Positions 8,166 to 16,325 of a DNA stretch of 33,579 bases are shown here, piece by piece. Every line of letters begins with the position of its first letter. Position 1 is the first letter of the stretch. The DNA lies in contig JAKFCT010000022.1 in the NCBI GenBank assembly GCA_036676495.1, forward strand, positions 1-33,579, given 5' to 3'. The notes under the pieces are model-generated. The model did no database searches. It was not told the DNA's origin and saw only the letters and a list, made by a program, of their open reading frames with translations. Both the position numbers and the translations under genes were made by a program. The DNA comes from Candidatus Sericytochromatia bacterium. GTDB lineage: Bacteria; Cyanobacteriota; Sericytochromatia; S15B-MN24; UBA4093.

Positions 8166-11047
8166 ACGCCTCCCCCCGCGACGGGGAGACGACAGCGGGA
8201 GGATTCACTCCCCGCTCCTGGCGCCCCTCGGGGCGTCGCTTCCTGGCGCTGAGCCTGGCCGCTTTTTTTTGCCTGCATCCCTCGCTTGCCGCACCCGCGC
8301 TCGCGCAGGGACCGGAGACGCCGCCCGCTCCTGAGCCGGTGCCTCCCGGCCCCGGCGAACCCGGCCAGCCTGGCCAGCCAGGACCTGGCCAGCCAGCGCC
8401 TGGCCAGCCAGGGCCGACCGCCCCCGGGGAGCCCGCGGCGGCTCCCGGCGGCATGCGCGTCAAGATCAAGGCCGACCGGATCAGCACCGATCGCGCCACC
8501 GGGATCTCGACCGCCGAGGGGAACGTCCGGATCGAGGTGCAGGGCGTCGTCATCACCACCGAGGCCATCCAGTTCAACCAGCAGACCCGCACGGTCAGCA
8601 CGACCCGGGACTTCACGCTGGTCCAGGCCGATGCGCAGGGCAAGCAGCAGGTCATCAAGGGCACCGGGCTCAGCTACGAGATTGCCACCGAGACGGCGAC
8701 CGTCGAGGGAGCCACCCTGACCGTCCCGGCCAAGACCCCGGGCCAGGTGGTCTTCATCCGGGCCGATCGCCTGATCTCCTTCAAGAAGGAGCGCTTCCAG
8801 ATCGAGAACGGGTACTTCACGACCTGCGACTGGATCGAGCTGGAGCGCGTCCCCCACTACGACGGCCGTGCGGATTGGATGGAGTACGACCCTGACGACT
8901 ACATCCACGGACGCAACCTGGAAGCCTACGTCGCAGGCAGGCGGGTCTTCTGGCTGCCGTGGTTTTATATCCCCCTGCGCCGGCGGGAGACCAGCTTCCA
9001 GATCGGCCGAAACAACCTCGAAGGCACCTTCGTCCGTTCTACGTGGGCTTACCAGCTCAATCCCTACCACTATGGGAACCTGTACGCGAACCTGTTCGAG
9101 TTTCCCGGCAACCCCTTGACCCCTCCGCTGGGCTTCCCCCCCGCGCCCTACGCGCCGTTGGGGCCGGGCGTGGGCGTGGATCACGTCTGGTCAGCCGTTC
9201 CCAACTCGCTCTCGGCGCTCACGTTCTACGGGCTCGTCTTCCCGGACGTCACCGACTACGTTCCGCAGTTCGTGAACAACGATCCCAGCCTGGGCCTCGA
9301 CGAGGCGACGGACCGCGCGCGCAACCCCTGGCGCGTGAACGGGTTGGATCCCAACGCCCCGCGCAACTTCCAGGATCATATCTTCCGGCTGAGGCACCAG
9401 CAGCGCTGGTTCGGCTCGGACTTCGTCACGGACACGTGGTTCGAAGACAACAACATGTACGATCTTCAGCGCGTGGGGCCGACCTTCCTGCGCGAGTCCT
9501 TGTGGACCAACCCGACCCAGCGTTACCGTGACAACCACTCGGCATGGTTCGCGGGCCTCAACGACCGGCGCTGGGGCACCACCTACAGCCTGAGCCGGAA
9601 CTTCCGCGACGAGCGGGGCTTCAGCCCCTACCAGGCCACCCAGGATCAGGCGCAGGCCAGCGGGAACTGGGGCGGCACGTCGGTCAACTTCAGCCTGAAC
9701 AAGAACACCCAGCAGCAGGGCCTCATCCCGGGCTCCCCCGCGGGCGTGGCGCCTCCGTCGGCCACCGTCACCGAGTCGAACAACCTGACGGTGACGCAGC
9801 GCATCACCCCGCAGCTGCAGTTCAACAGCAACACGAACCGCACCTACAACCAGAGCGCCAACAGCCTCAGCGAGACCCTCAACCAGACGCTCGATCTCAC
9901 CCAGAGCGCCGACTGGGGCACCCTCAGGGGGACCTTCGCCAAGCGCTACGACCTGGCTCCCCCGGTCGGCAGCCTCCAGCAGCAGTACCAGCGGCTGGGG
10001 GGCCTCGAGAAGCTGCCAGAGGTCGACTTCACCAGCCGCAACCTGCTCGATCAGTTCCAGCCCCTCACGGCGGCGGCGGGCGTGGGGCGGTACTTCGAGC
10101 CGGCTCAGTTCAACCCCGGCCTCTCCTTCACCACGGCGCCGATCAACCGGGTCTACGGGAAGCTCACGGCGGTCTCTCGCCAGATCGGCCTTCCCGGCAA
10201 CTCCCAGATCGACTTCGGGGGGACGGGTTTCGAGCAGCGGCTCTACTCCACGGGAGACGCCGGCGCCCAGTTCTCCACGGTCTCGGCCCTGACCACCCGG
10301 TACACCGACTGGGCCAACTCGAACCTCAGCTACCGGCGGGATTACACCCTCGAGGACAGCACGAGCCCCTTCCGGTTCGACAACTTCTCGATCTCGAAGC
10401 AGAACCAGCTCAACGCGCAGGTGAACTTCGTGGCGGGCGATCGCTTCAACTGGACCCACTCGACGGGCTACAACTACGAGAACCGGGTTTACCTGCCCTA
10501 CAACACGGGCTTGACCTTCCGGCCCAATGCTCGGGTGAACCTCACGCTGGGCACGGGGTACAACTTCCCTCAGACTCCGCACCTGGAGCTGAAGGGCGGC
10601 ACCTGGTACCCGCTGAACTCGACGCTGCTGATCCGCTCCAGCGAGACGGCCTTCGGGGGGCTGTACGGGAAGGAGAACCTGACTCCGGGCTGGCAGGTGA
10701 ACAACACGCTCAGCTACGACTTCACGCGCGGGGAGTTCACGGCCCTGACCAACCGGCTGCAGATCGCGACGGGGACGACCTGGCAGAACCACTGGGAGCT
10801 GGTGGTGGAGGGGCAATTCGACGTCTTGGACAAACAGTACAAGCTGATTGACATCGGGATCAACAAGGACCTGCATGATTTCATCCTCGGGCTCACGTAC
10901 AATCGCCGGCTCGAGGCGTACACCGTCAACTTGGCCATGGTCGCTTTCCCGACTCAGCTGATAAACTTGTCGAACAAGAGCTTCGGGGGGATCGGGGATC
11001 CCAGCTCGCTGATCGGCGGAGCCACGGGGGGCCAATGGGGATTCTAG
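8141..11047 (+). CDS. lptD: LptD-like LPS assembly outer-membrane protein (about 968 aa; start uncertain, GTG 8141 or ATG 8096)
   Basis: Signal peptide; OstA-like domain (IKADRI, AEGNVRI, YFTTCD, PHY, VFWLPWFYIP); long amphipathic beta-strand region; C-terminal Phe; GGGAG 10 nt before GTG 8141. Confidence 0.8.
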   Translation: MARRSEFLNASPRDGETTAGGFTPRSWRPSGRRFLALSLAAFFCLHPSLAAPALAQGPETPPAPEPVPPGPGEPGQPGQPGPGQPAPGQPGPTAPGEPAAAPGGMRVKIKADRISTDRATGISTAEGNVRIEVQGVVITTEAIQFNQQTRTVSTTRDFTLVQADAQGKQQVIKGTGLSYEIATETATVEGATLTVPAKTPGQVVFIRADRLISFKKERFQIENGYFTTCDWIELERVPHYDGRADWMEYDPDDYIHGRNLEAYVAGRRVFWLPWFYIPLRRRETSFQIGRNNLEGTFVRSTWAYQLNPYHYGNLYANLFEFPGNPLTPPLGFPPAPYAPLGPGVGVDHVWSAVPNSLSALTFYGLVFPDVTDYVPQFVNNDPSLGLDEATDRARNPWRVNGLDPNAPRNFQDHIFRLRHQQRWFGSDFVTDTWFEDNNMYDLQRVGPTFLRESLWTNPTQRYRDNHSAWFAGLNDRRWGTTYSLSRNFRDERGFSPYQATQDQAQASGNWGGTSVNFSLNKNTQQQGLIPGSPAGVAPPSATVTESNNLTVTQRITPQLQFNSNTNRTYNQSANSLSETLNQTLDLTQSADWGTLRGTFAKRYDLAPPVGSLQQQYQRLGGLEKLPEVDFTSRNLLDQFQPLTAAAGVGRYFEPAQFNPGLSFTTAPINRVYGKLTAVSRQIGLPGNSQIDFGGTGFEQRLYSTGDAGAQFSTVSALTTRYTDWANSNLSYRRDYTLEDSTSPFRFDNFSISKQNQLNAQVNFVAGDRFNWTHSTGYNYENRVYLPYNTGLTFRPNARVNLTLGTGYNFPQTPHLELKGGTWYPLNSTLLIRSSETAFGGLYGKENLTPGWQVNNTLSYDFTRGEFTALTNRLQIATGTTWQNHWELVVEGQFDVLDKQYKLIDIGINKDLHDFILGLTYNRRLEAYTVNLAMVAFPTQLINLSNKSFGGIGDPSSLIGGATGGQWGF
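8360..8415 (+). repeat. Coding tandem repeat (PGQP units) in the LptD N-terminal linker
   Basis: Repeated CCTGGCCAGCCAG units with about 15-bp period, encoding PGQPGQPGPGQPAPGQPGP. Confidence 0.7.
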
Positions 11048-11055
11048 GGGGCCGC

Positions 11056-11856
11056 ATGCGCGCGCCGTACAAGAGGGTCATCGGGATCGTGGCGATCGCC
11101 GCCGTGCTGGGCGCGGCGGGCTGCGCGCGCAACGTCACGGCGCAGGCGCGCGAGGTGCTGCGCATCCAGATCCAGACCAAGGGCCCGATCCTGACCAACA
11201 CTCCGGCGGTGAAGTACTACCTGGTGCTCAACACGACGAGCAGCGTGGAGGGTCCCCGCGGCTACGGCCCCTGGCCGAACGACGCTCCGCGCCTGGGCTG
11301 GCGCCTGCCGTTCTACCTCAGCTCGCAGACGCCGACCTACCAGGGCACGGTGCCCTTGCTGCCGGTGCACTTCACGGATTACTTCGTCCTCACCAACGTG
11401 GCGGGGACGCCCCAGGTGACCCAGGGGCGCCTGGTGGGGCCCACCGATGCCCAGGGGCTCTCGCAGCCGCCCGTCGGGGGGCTCTTCGCCGCCGGCAACA
11501 ACCTCCTCGAGAACTACCGGGTGCTGCAACAGGGGCAGGACTGGACCGTCTCGGGCAATACCTGGAACCTGACCTTGACCAAGGCGGATCTCACGGGGAT
11601 TCCCGAGGGCGGGAACGCCCCGATCAGCGCCAACCTCTTCAGCACCAACGCCTCTCCGGATCGCGGGGATCAGATCATCGATCGCTGGACCCTTTCCGAG
11701 AACGACTTCTTCACCCTGCAGACCCGGGCGGGGACGCTGACGAGCGATCGGAACTTCGCCTCCCCCCTGATTCGTCCGGAGAACAAGCCTACCAACGTGG
11801 ACGCGGACTCCGTGGACTTCAGCGCGTACCAGGTGGAGATCCGCAGTACGCAGTGA
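11056..11856 (+). CDS. Hypothetical lipoprotein (266 aa)
   Basis: Basic N-terminus, hydrophobic stretch, AAGC lipobox; 8 nt after the lptD stop. Confidence 0.75.
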   Translation: MRAPYKRVIGIVAIAAVLGAAGCARNVTAQAREVLRIQIQTKGPILTNTPAVKYYLVLNTTSSVEGPRGYGPWPNDAPRLGWRLPFYLSSQTPTYQGTVPLLPVHFTDYFVLTNVAGTPQVTQGRLVGPTDAQGLSQPPVGGLFAAGNNLLENYRVLQQGQDWTVSGNTWNLTLTKADLTGIPEGGNAPISANLFSTNASPDRGDQIIDRWTLSENDFFTLQTRAGTLTSDRNFASPLIRPENKPTNVDADSVDFSAYQVEIRSTQ

Positions 11857-11899
11857 AGAGCGGGGGCTTTCGGGTACAAAGTGAGGGGAGGGAAGACCT

Positions 11900-12358
11900 A
11901 TGGCCGGACGGCGCATCATCACGATCATCTCGACCCTGGCCCTGTGCATGGGGGCTGGCTGGGCCACCGCGCACGCGGCGCGACCGCCGGCCGTCCTCGG
12001 CATGGCGCGGCCTCCCGCGGAGAAGGCGAAGCCCTACCTCGAGGGCGAGATGCTGGTGAAGTTCAAGGACGGCGTGACGGACGCGCAGATCGCGGCGTTC
12101 ATGGCCGAGACCGGCTGCACGATCTCCGACACGATCTCGGGCCTCGGCATCTACCGCCTGCGGCTCCCCGACGGGGCCGAGGTGCCCGCCATGATCGCCC
12201 GCTACGAGGCGTCCGGGCTGGTGGTCTTCGCCGAGCCCAACCACCGGGTCTCGATTCCCGCGCTGCCGGGACCTCGACCGGATCGCCGTCCCGAGCCGCG
12301 CTTCGACATGGACGCTTTGCCCGAGTCCGCGCCCGCTGAGGCGGGGAGGTCGCTGTGA
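11900..12358 (+). CDS. Secreted stand-alone subtilase propeptide-like (I9/fervidolysin N-pro-like) protein (152 aa)
   Basis: Signal peptide (AHA); YLEGEMLVKFK...GIYRLRLP...VVFAEPNHRV is the typical S8 prodomain pattern; no catalytic domain; GGAGG RBS. Confidence 0.75.
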   Translation: MAGRRIITIISTLALCMGAGWATAHAARPPAVLGMARPPAEKAKPYLEGEMLVKFKDGVTDAQIAAFMAETGCTISDTISGLGIYRLRLPDGAEVPAMIARYEASGLVVFAEPNHRVSIPALPGPRPDRRPEPRFDMDALPESAPAEAGRSL

Positions 12359-13719
12359 GGCCCCTGCACCTGGGCGTCGCCCTGGCCGTGATCGCCACGG
12401 GCTGTCAGCCTCCGGCGGTCATGGCGCCGCCGACCGCCGAATCCTACCTGGCCGGCCAGGTGCTGGTCCGCTTCGAGCCCGAGACCGGGGAAGCGGCCCG
12501 CATGGCCCTGCGCGAGAAGTACGGGGCCCGCGACGTCGAGGCGCTGCCCAGCGGGACCGAGCGCTGGCATGTCTCGGGGACGGCGCGGGAGCTTTCGGGG
12601 GCGATCGCCCGCGAAACCGGCGTCAAGGCCGCCCAGCCCAACTGGATCCGACGGCTCCAGGCCTTCACCCCGCAGGACATGGACTACGCCGGATCCACCA
12701 AGAAGCAGTGGCACCTCCTGAAGGACTACCTCGACATGGCCGAAATCTGGAAGGATACCGGCTTCACTACCCAGACCCTGCCCGGCAACGGCATCACGGT
12801 CGCCGTCGTCGACTCGGGGGTCGACCTCAGCCATCCGGACCTGCTGCCGAGCCTCCACAAGTCGGCCACCGGCAGCGCCCTCTACCTCGACGAGATGCCC
12901 GAGGATCAACATCCGGCGCCGACGCTGGACGGCAACGGGCACGGCACCCACGTGGCCGGCATCATCGCCGCCTCGCCCGCGGCCGACGGCAGTGCCTACG
13001 GGCCGAGCAGCAACCAGGGCAACGTCGTGGGAGTGGCCCCGGGAGCGCGGATCCTGGCCGTCAAGGTCATGCGGCGGGACGGCGGAGGCAACGACTTCAC
13101 CATCGCGAAGGGCATCGACAATGCGGTCGCCTGGAGGCACCCCGAGAACTCCAGCATCCGGGTCAACGTCATCAACCTCTCCATCGGCGGGTCCGAGCCC
13201 TCTCCCACGCTCGCGGCGTCGCTGGCCAACGCCACCCAGAACGGCGTGCTGGTCATCGCGGCGGCGGGCAATTCCGGCTCTCCCATCATGTACCCGGCCG
13301 CCTATCCCGGCGCCCTGGCCGTCGGAGCGCTGACCCCGCGCAACCAGCGCGCCAGCTACTCCTGCTACGGCCCTCAGCTCTCCATCGTCGCCCCCGGCGG
13401 AGCCGATCCGCACGAGCCCACCGAGTCCCTCAACACCTGGAGCGGCATCTACTCGACCTTCCCGACCTACTCCAACTACACGAACCAGCAGTACTACGGG
13501 GCGCAATCCGGCACCTCGATGGCCGCCCCGGTGGTCACCGGCATCGCGGCCCTGATCCTGTCCCAAAACAAGAACCTGACTCCGGACCAGCTCAAGATGC
13601 GGCTGGTGGCGACCGCCGACGACATCGGCACTCCGGGCTTCGACAACCAGACCGGCTGGGGCAAGATCAACCCGCGGCGCGCCCTGGACTGGACCGCGCA
13701 TGACGGAGTCACGCCATGA
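12355..13719 (+). CDS. S8 subtilisin-family serine protease, lipoprotein (454 aa)
   Basis: ATGC lipobox; own prodomain (GQVLVRF...AQPNW); triad VAVVDSG / HGTHVAG / GTSMAAP; oxyanion AAAGN. Confidence 0.95.
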   Translation: MRPLHLGVALAVIATGCQPPAVMAPPTAESYLAGQVLVRFEPETGEAARMALREKYGARDVEALPSGTERWHVSGTARELSGAIARETGVKAAQPNWIRRLQAFTPQDMDYAGSTKKQWHLLKDYLDMAEIWKDTGFTTQTLPGNGITVAVVDSGVDLSHPDLLPSLHKSATGSALYLDEMPEDQHPAPTLDGNGHGTHVAGIIAASPAADGSAYGPSSNQGNVVGVAPGARILAVKVMRRDGGGNDFTIAKGIDNAVAWRHPENSSIRVNVINLSIGGSEPSPTLAASLANATQNGVLVIAAAGNSGSPIMYPAAYPGALAVGALTPRNQRASYSCYGPQLSIVAPGGADPHEPTESLNTWSGIYSTFPTYSNYTNQQYYGAQSGTSMAAPVVTGIAALILSQNKNLTPDQLKMRLVATADDIGTPGFDNQTGWGKINPRRALDWTAHDGVTP

Positions 13720-14996
13720 GGCGCTCGACGTCATCGGCGCTTGCCCTCCTGGCGAGCGTCCTCTTGCTCACGGGCTGCCCGGGCCCCGCGACGGTCAAGC
13801 TCGAGCCCATCCCGCGGCCTCCGGGCGTCGTCGCCCGCGTGGACGCCGAGGTCGAGACCACGGCCCTGGCCCTCAACGGCGGATCGCTCATCGTCTCGCT
13901 GGTCAAGGCCGGCACCGGCGAACGCATCGCGAACGCCAGCTTTTCGCTCGTCGGCCCCACCCTGGGGTCCGGCGCGATCCGCAACGGCACCGACCTCGCC
14001 TTCTCCCCCTTGATCCCGGGAACGTACCAGCTGCGCGTCACCGCGCCCGGTTACCAGACCCTGATCGACCGGAATATCACGCTCGAGGCCAAGCAGATCC
14101 TGGAGCGCAAGGTCGAACTCGCTCCCGAGGGCGGCACGGTCACGGGCACGGTCACGTCCGGCGGCCAGCCCGTCTGGGGCGCTCGCGTGCTCCTCGGGGA
14201 TACATGGGCGTTCACGGGCCAGGACGGCACGTTCACGCTGACGGGCCTGGGAGCCGGCGAGGGGACGCTCAAGATTCGCAAGGGGGGCCTCCAGGGGCTG
14301 GATCGACCGATCACCGTCAACGGGAAGACCTCGGCCGACGGCCTGACCCTGAGCCCTCTGAGCGGCAAACGCACCGTGGCGCTCGTCAACCCGGATGAGG
14401 TCTTCGGTGGCACGTACGCGAAGAACGCCCTCTCCGGCCTGATGTACGCGGTGGATCAAGCCTCGAACCTCGCGCAGGCCGCGCCCGCCGCCGCGAACGT
14501 TCGCTTGCTGGTGAGCCCCCAGGCGACCCCCGACGTCGCGGAGACCCAGGCCTTCGTCCGGGCGGGCGGCACGCTGATCATGACCGGAGAATGGGGAGGC
14601 TTCGGGGACTACGACCCGGCGGCGCTCAACGCGCTGGTGCGCCCCTTCGGACTCGCCGTGAGGCCCGACCTGGTCCGGATTGCGGGTCAGTCGACCCAGA
14701 GCGAATGGATCAGCGCCACGGTCAACCCCGCGCTGCCCACGAGCCAGAGCGCGAGCAGCGTGAAGCTGTTCACGAGCTGCTCGGTCATGGCGAGTCCCAT
14801 GGCCGCGATCCTTGCGGATTCGGGGGCGAGCGGCTATCGGGTCCAGGCCGTGACGGCGGGAGCCCAAACCTTGGCGGCGGCGGTTCCCTACGGGGACGGC
14901 CTGGTCGTTTTGGTCGGAGACACGTCGGCATGGGCCGGAAGCCACCTCAATGAGCCTGGCAACCGGCAATTTATGCTAAACTTGTTCGGTTGGTAG
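13716..14996 (+). CDS. Lipoprotein with two carboxypeptidase-regulatory-like repeats and a C-terminal class-I-GATase-like (DUF4350-like) domain (426 aa)
   Basis: LTGC lipobox; LIPGTYQLRVTAPGY, VTGTVT..GQPVWGARV; FVRAGGTLIMTGE, YGDGLVVLVGDTS, NRQFMLNLFGW. Confidence 0.75.
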   Translation: MRRSTSSALALLASVLLLTGCPGPATVKLEPIPRPPGVVARVDAEVETTALALNGGSLIVSLVKAGTGERIANASFSLVGPTLGSGAIRNGTDLAFSPLIPGTYQLRVTAPGYQTLIDRNITLEAKQILERKVELAPEGGTVTGTVTSGGQPVWGARVLLGDTWAFTGQDGTFTLTGLGAGEGTLKIRKGGLQGLDRPITVNGKTSADGLTLSPLSGKRTVALVNPDEVFGGTYAKNALSGLMYAVDQASNLAQAAPAAANVRLLVSPQATPDVAETQAFVRAGGTLIMTGEWGGFGDYDPAALNALVRPFGLAVRPDLVRIAGQSTQSEWISATVNPALPTSQSASSVKLFTSCSVMASPMAAILADSGASGYRVQAVTAGAQTLAAAVPYGDGLVVLVGDTSAWAGSHLNEPGNRQFMLNLFGW

Positions 14997-15017
14997 GATT
15001 GCGGAGGTCCAGGGAAC

Positions 15018-16310
15018 TTGCTTTGCCCCAACTGTCAGGCCGAGAACGCAGCGGAAAATCGTTTCTGTTGTGATTGCGGCAAGCCCCTCAAGATCGCCGT
15101 GACGGCCGTGGCGTCGCGTTCGCACGTCACTCAGCCCGCCGGATCGGCCGGCTCCGGTGGCCTGCTGGCTCCGAGCACGCTCCTGCAAGATCGCTACCGC
15201 ATCACCCAGTTGCTGGGCCAGGGCGGCATGGGCGCGGTCTACCTCGCCAACGATACGCGCTTCAGCAGCAAGGTCTGCGTGGTCAAGGAGATGCTCGACC
15301 ACTTCCACGACCCCGAGCAGCGCGAGATCGCCACCCAGAACTTCTACCGCGAGGCGGATCTTCTCGCCAACCTCAAGCACAACTCGATTCCCGAGGTCTA
15401 CGACCGCTTCACCGAGGCCAACCGCCACTACCTGGTGATGGAGTACATCAACGGGACCGACCTCGAGCAGCGCATCAACGAGCAGGGCAACCAGCCCTTC
15501 GAGGAATCGGCCGTGATCGGCTGGGCCATCCAGGTCTGCGACGTGCTCAGCTACCTGCACCACCAGAAGCCGCCCATCATCTACCGGGACATGAAGCCCG
15601 CCAACCTGATCCTGACCAACTTCGGGAAGATCTACCTGGTGGACTTCGGCATCGCCCGGTTCTTCAACCCCTCGGCCCGCGGGACCATGATCGGCACGCA
15701 GGGCTACGCGCCTCCGGAGCAGTACCGGGGCCAGGTCGAGCCGCGCACCGACATCTACGCCATCGGCGCGACCATGCACTACATGCTGACCGGCCGCGAT
15801 CCGCAAAATGAGCCGCCCTTCTCGTTCCCGCCCGTGCGCGAGCTGAACCCCGCCGTCTCCGAGGAGACCGAGAACCTCGTCATGAAGGCGCTCGACGCCG
15901 AGATGGACAAGCGCTACGCCTCCTGCGACACCATGCTGGTGGAGCTGATCCGGATCGGCGGCGCGGCCTCCAACGCCGTCCGCCAGTGCCCCCACTGCGG
16001 CGAGAACATCTCCAAGTCCCGGCAGTTCTGCCCGGTCTGCCGCAACTACATCGCGGCGCACCACGCCTCCACCAACGCGCAGATCTACGAGCGCGCGGCC
16101 ACCGCCATGAACCTGTCGCTTCCGACGGGAAGGACCGAGCGACCGCCTCGGCGCCCCTGGCTCTGGGCCGTGCTCGGAGCCTCCGTCGCCGTGGTCGTCC
16201 TCGCGGGCGCCCTCGGCTTCTGGTTCCTCGGGCGCGGAAGCGCCAGCATGCCCACGAGCCTGACCCCGGAACCCCGCCCGTCGTCCACGGCGCAAGCCTT
16301 GAACGCCTAG
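15018..16310 (+). CDS. Hanks-type Ser/Thr protein kinase with two Zn-ribbon modules and a C-terminal TM helix (430 aa)
   Basis: GGAGG RBS + TTG; LGQGGMGAVY, VVKEM, YRDMKPAN, DFG, GTQGYAPPEQ, DIYAIG; CPNC..CCDC and CPHC..CPVC; hydrophobic WLWAVLG...FWFL. Confidence 0.95.
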   Translation: MLCPNCQAENAAENRFCCDCGKPLKIAVTAVASRSHVTQPAGSAGSGGLLAPSTLLQDRYRITQLLGQGGMGAVYLANDTRFSSKVCVVKEMLDHFHDPEQREIATQNFYREADLLANLKHNSIPEVYDRFTEANRHYLVMEYINGTDLEQRINEQGNQPFEESAVIGWAIQVCDVLSYLHHQKPPIIYRDMKPANLILTNFGKIYLVDFGIARFFNPSARGTMIGTQGYAPPEQYRGQVEPRTDIYAIGATMHYMLTGRDPQNEPPFSFPPVRELNPAVSEETENLVMKALDAEMDKRYASCDTMLVELIRIGGAASNAVRQCPHCGENISKSRQFCPVCRNYIAAHHASTNAQIYERAATAMNLSLPTGRTERPPRRPWLWAVLGASVAVVVLAGALGFWFLGRGSASMPTSLTPEPRPSSTAQALNA

Positions 16311-16325
16311 AAAGGAGGCCTCGCC

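Noticed and set aside
11900-12358. Frameshifted 5' part of the S8 protease (pseudogene)
   Set aside because: The downstream protease has its own signal peptide, lipobox and prodomain, and both genes have RBS-like sites
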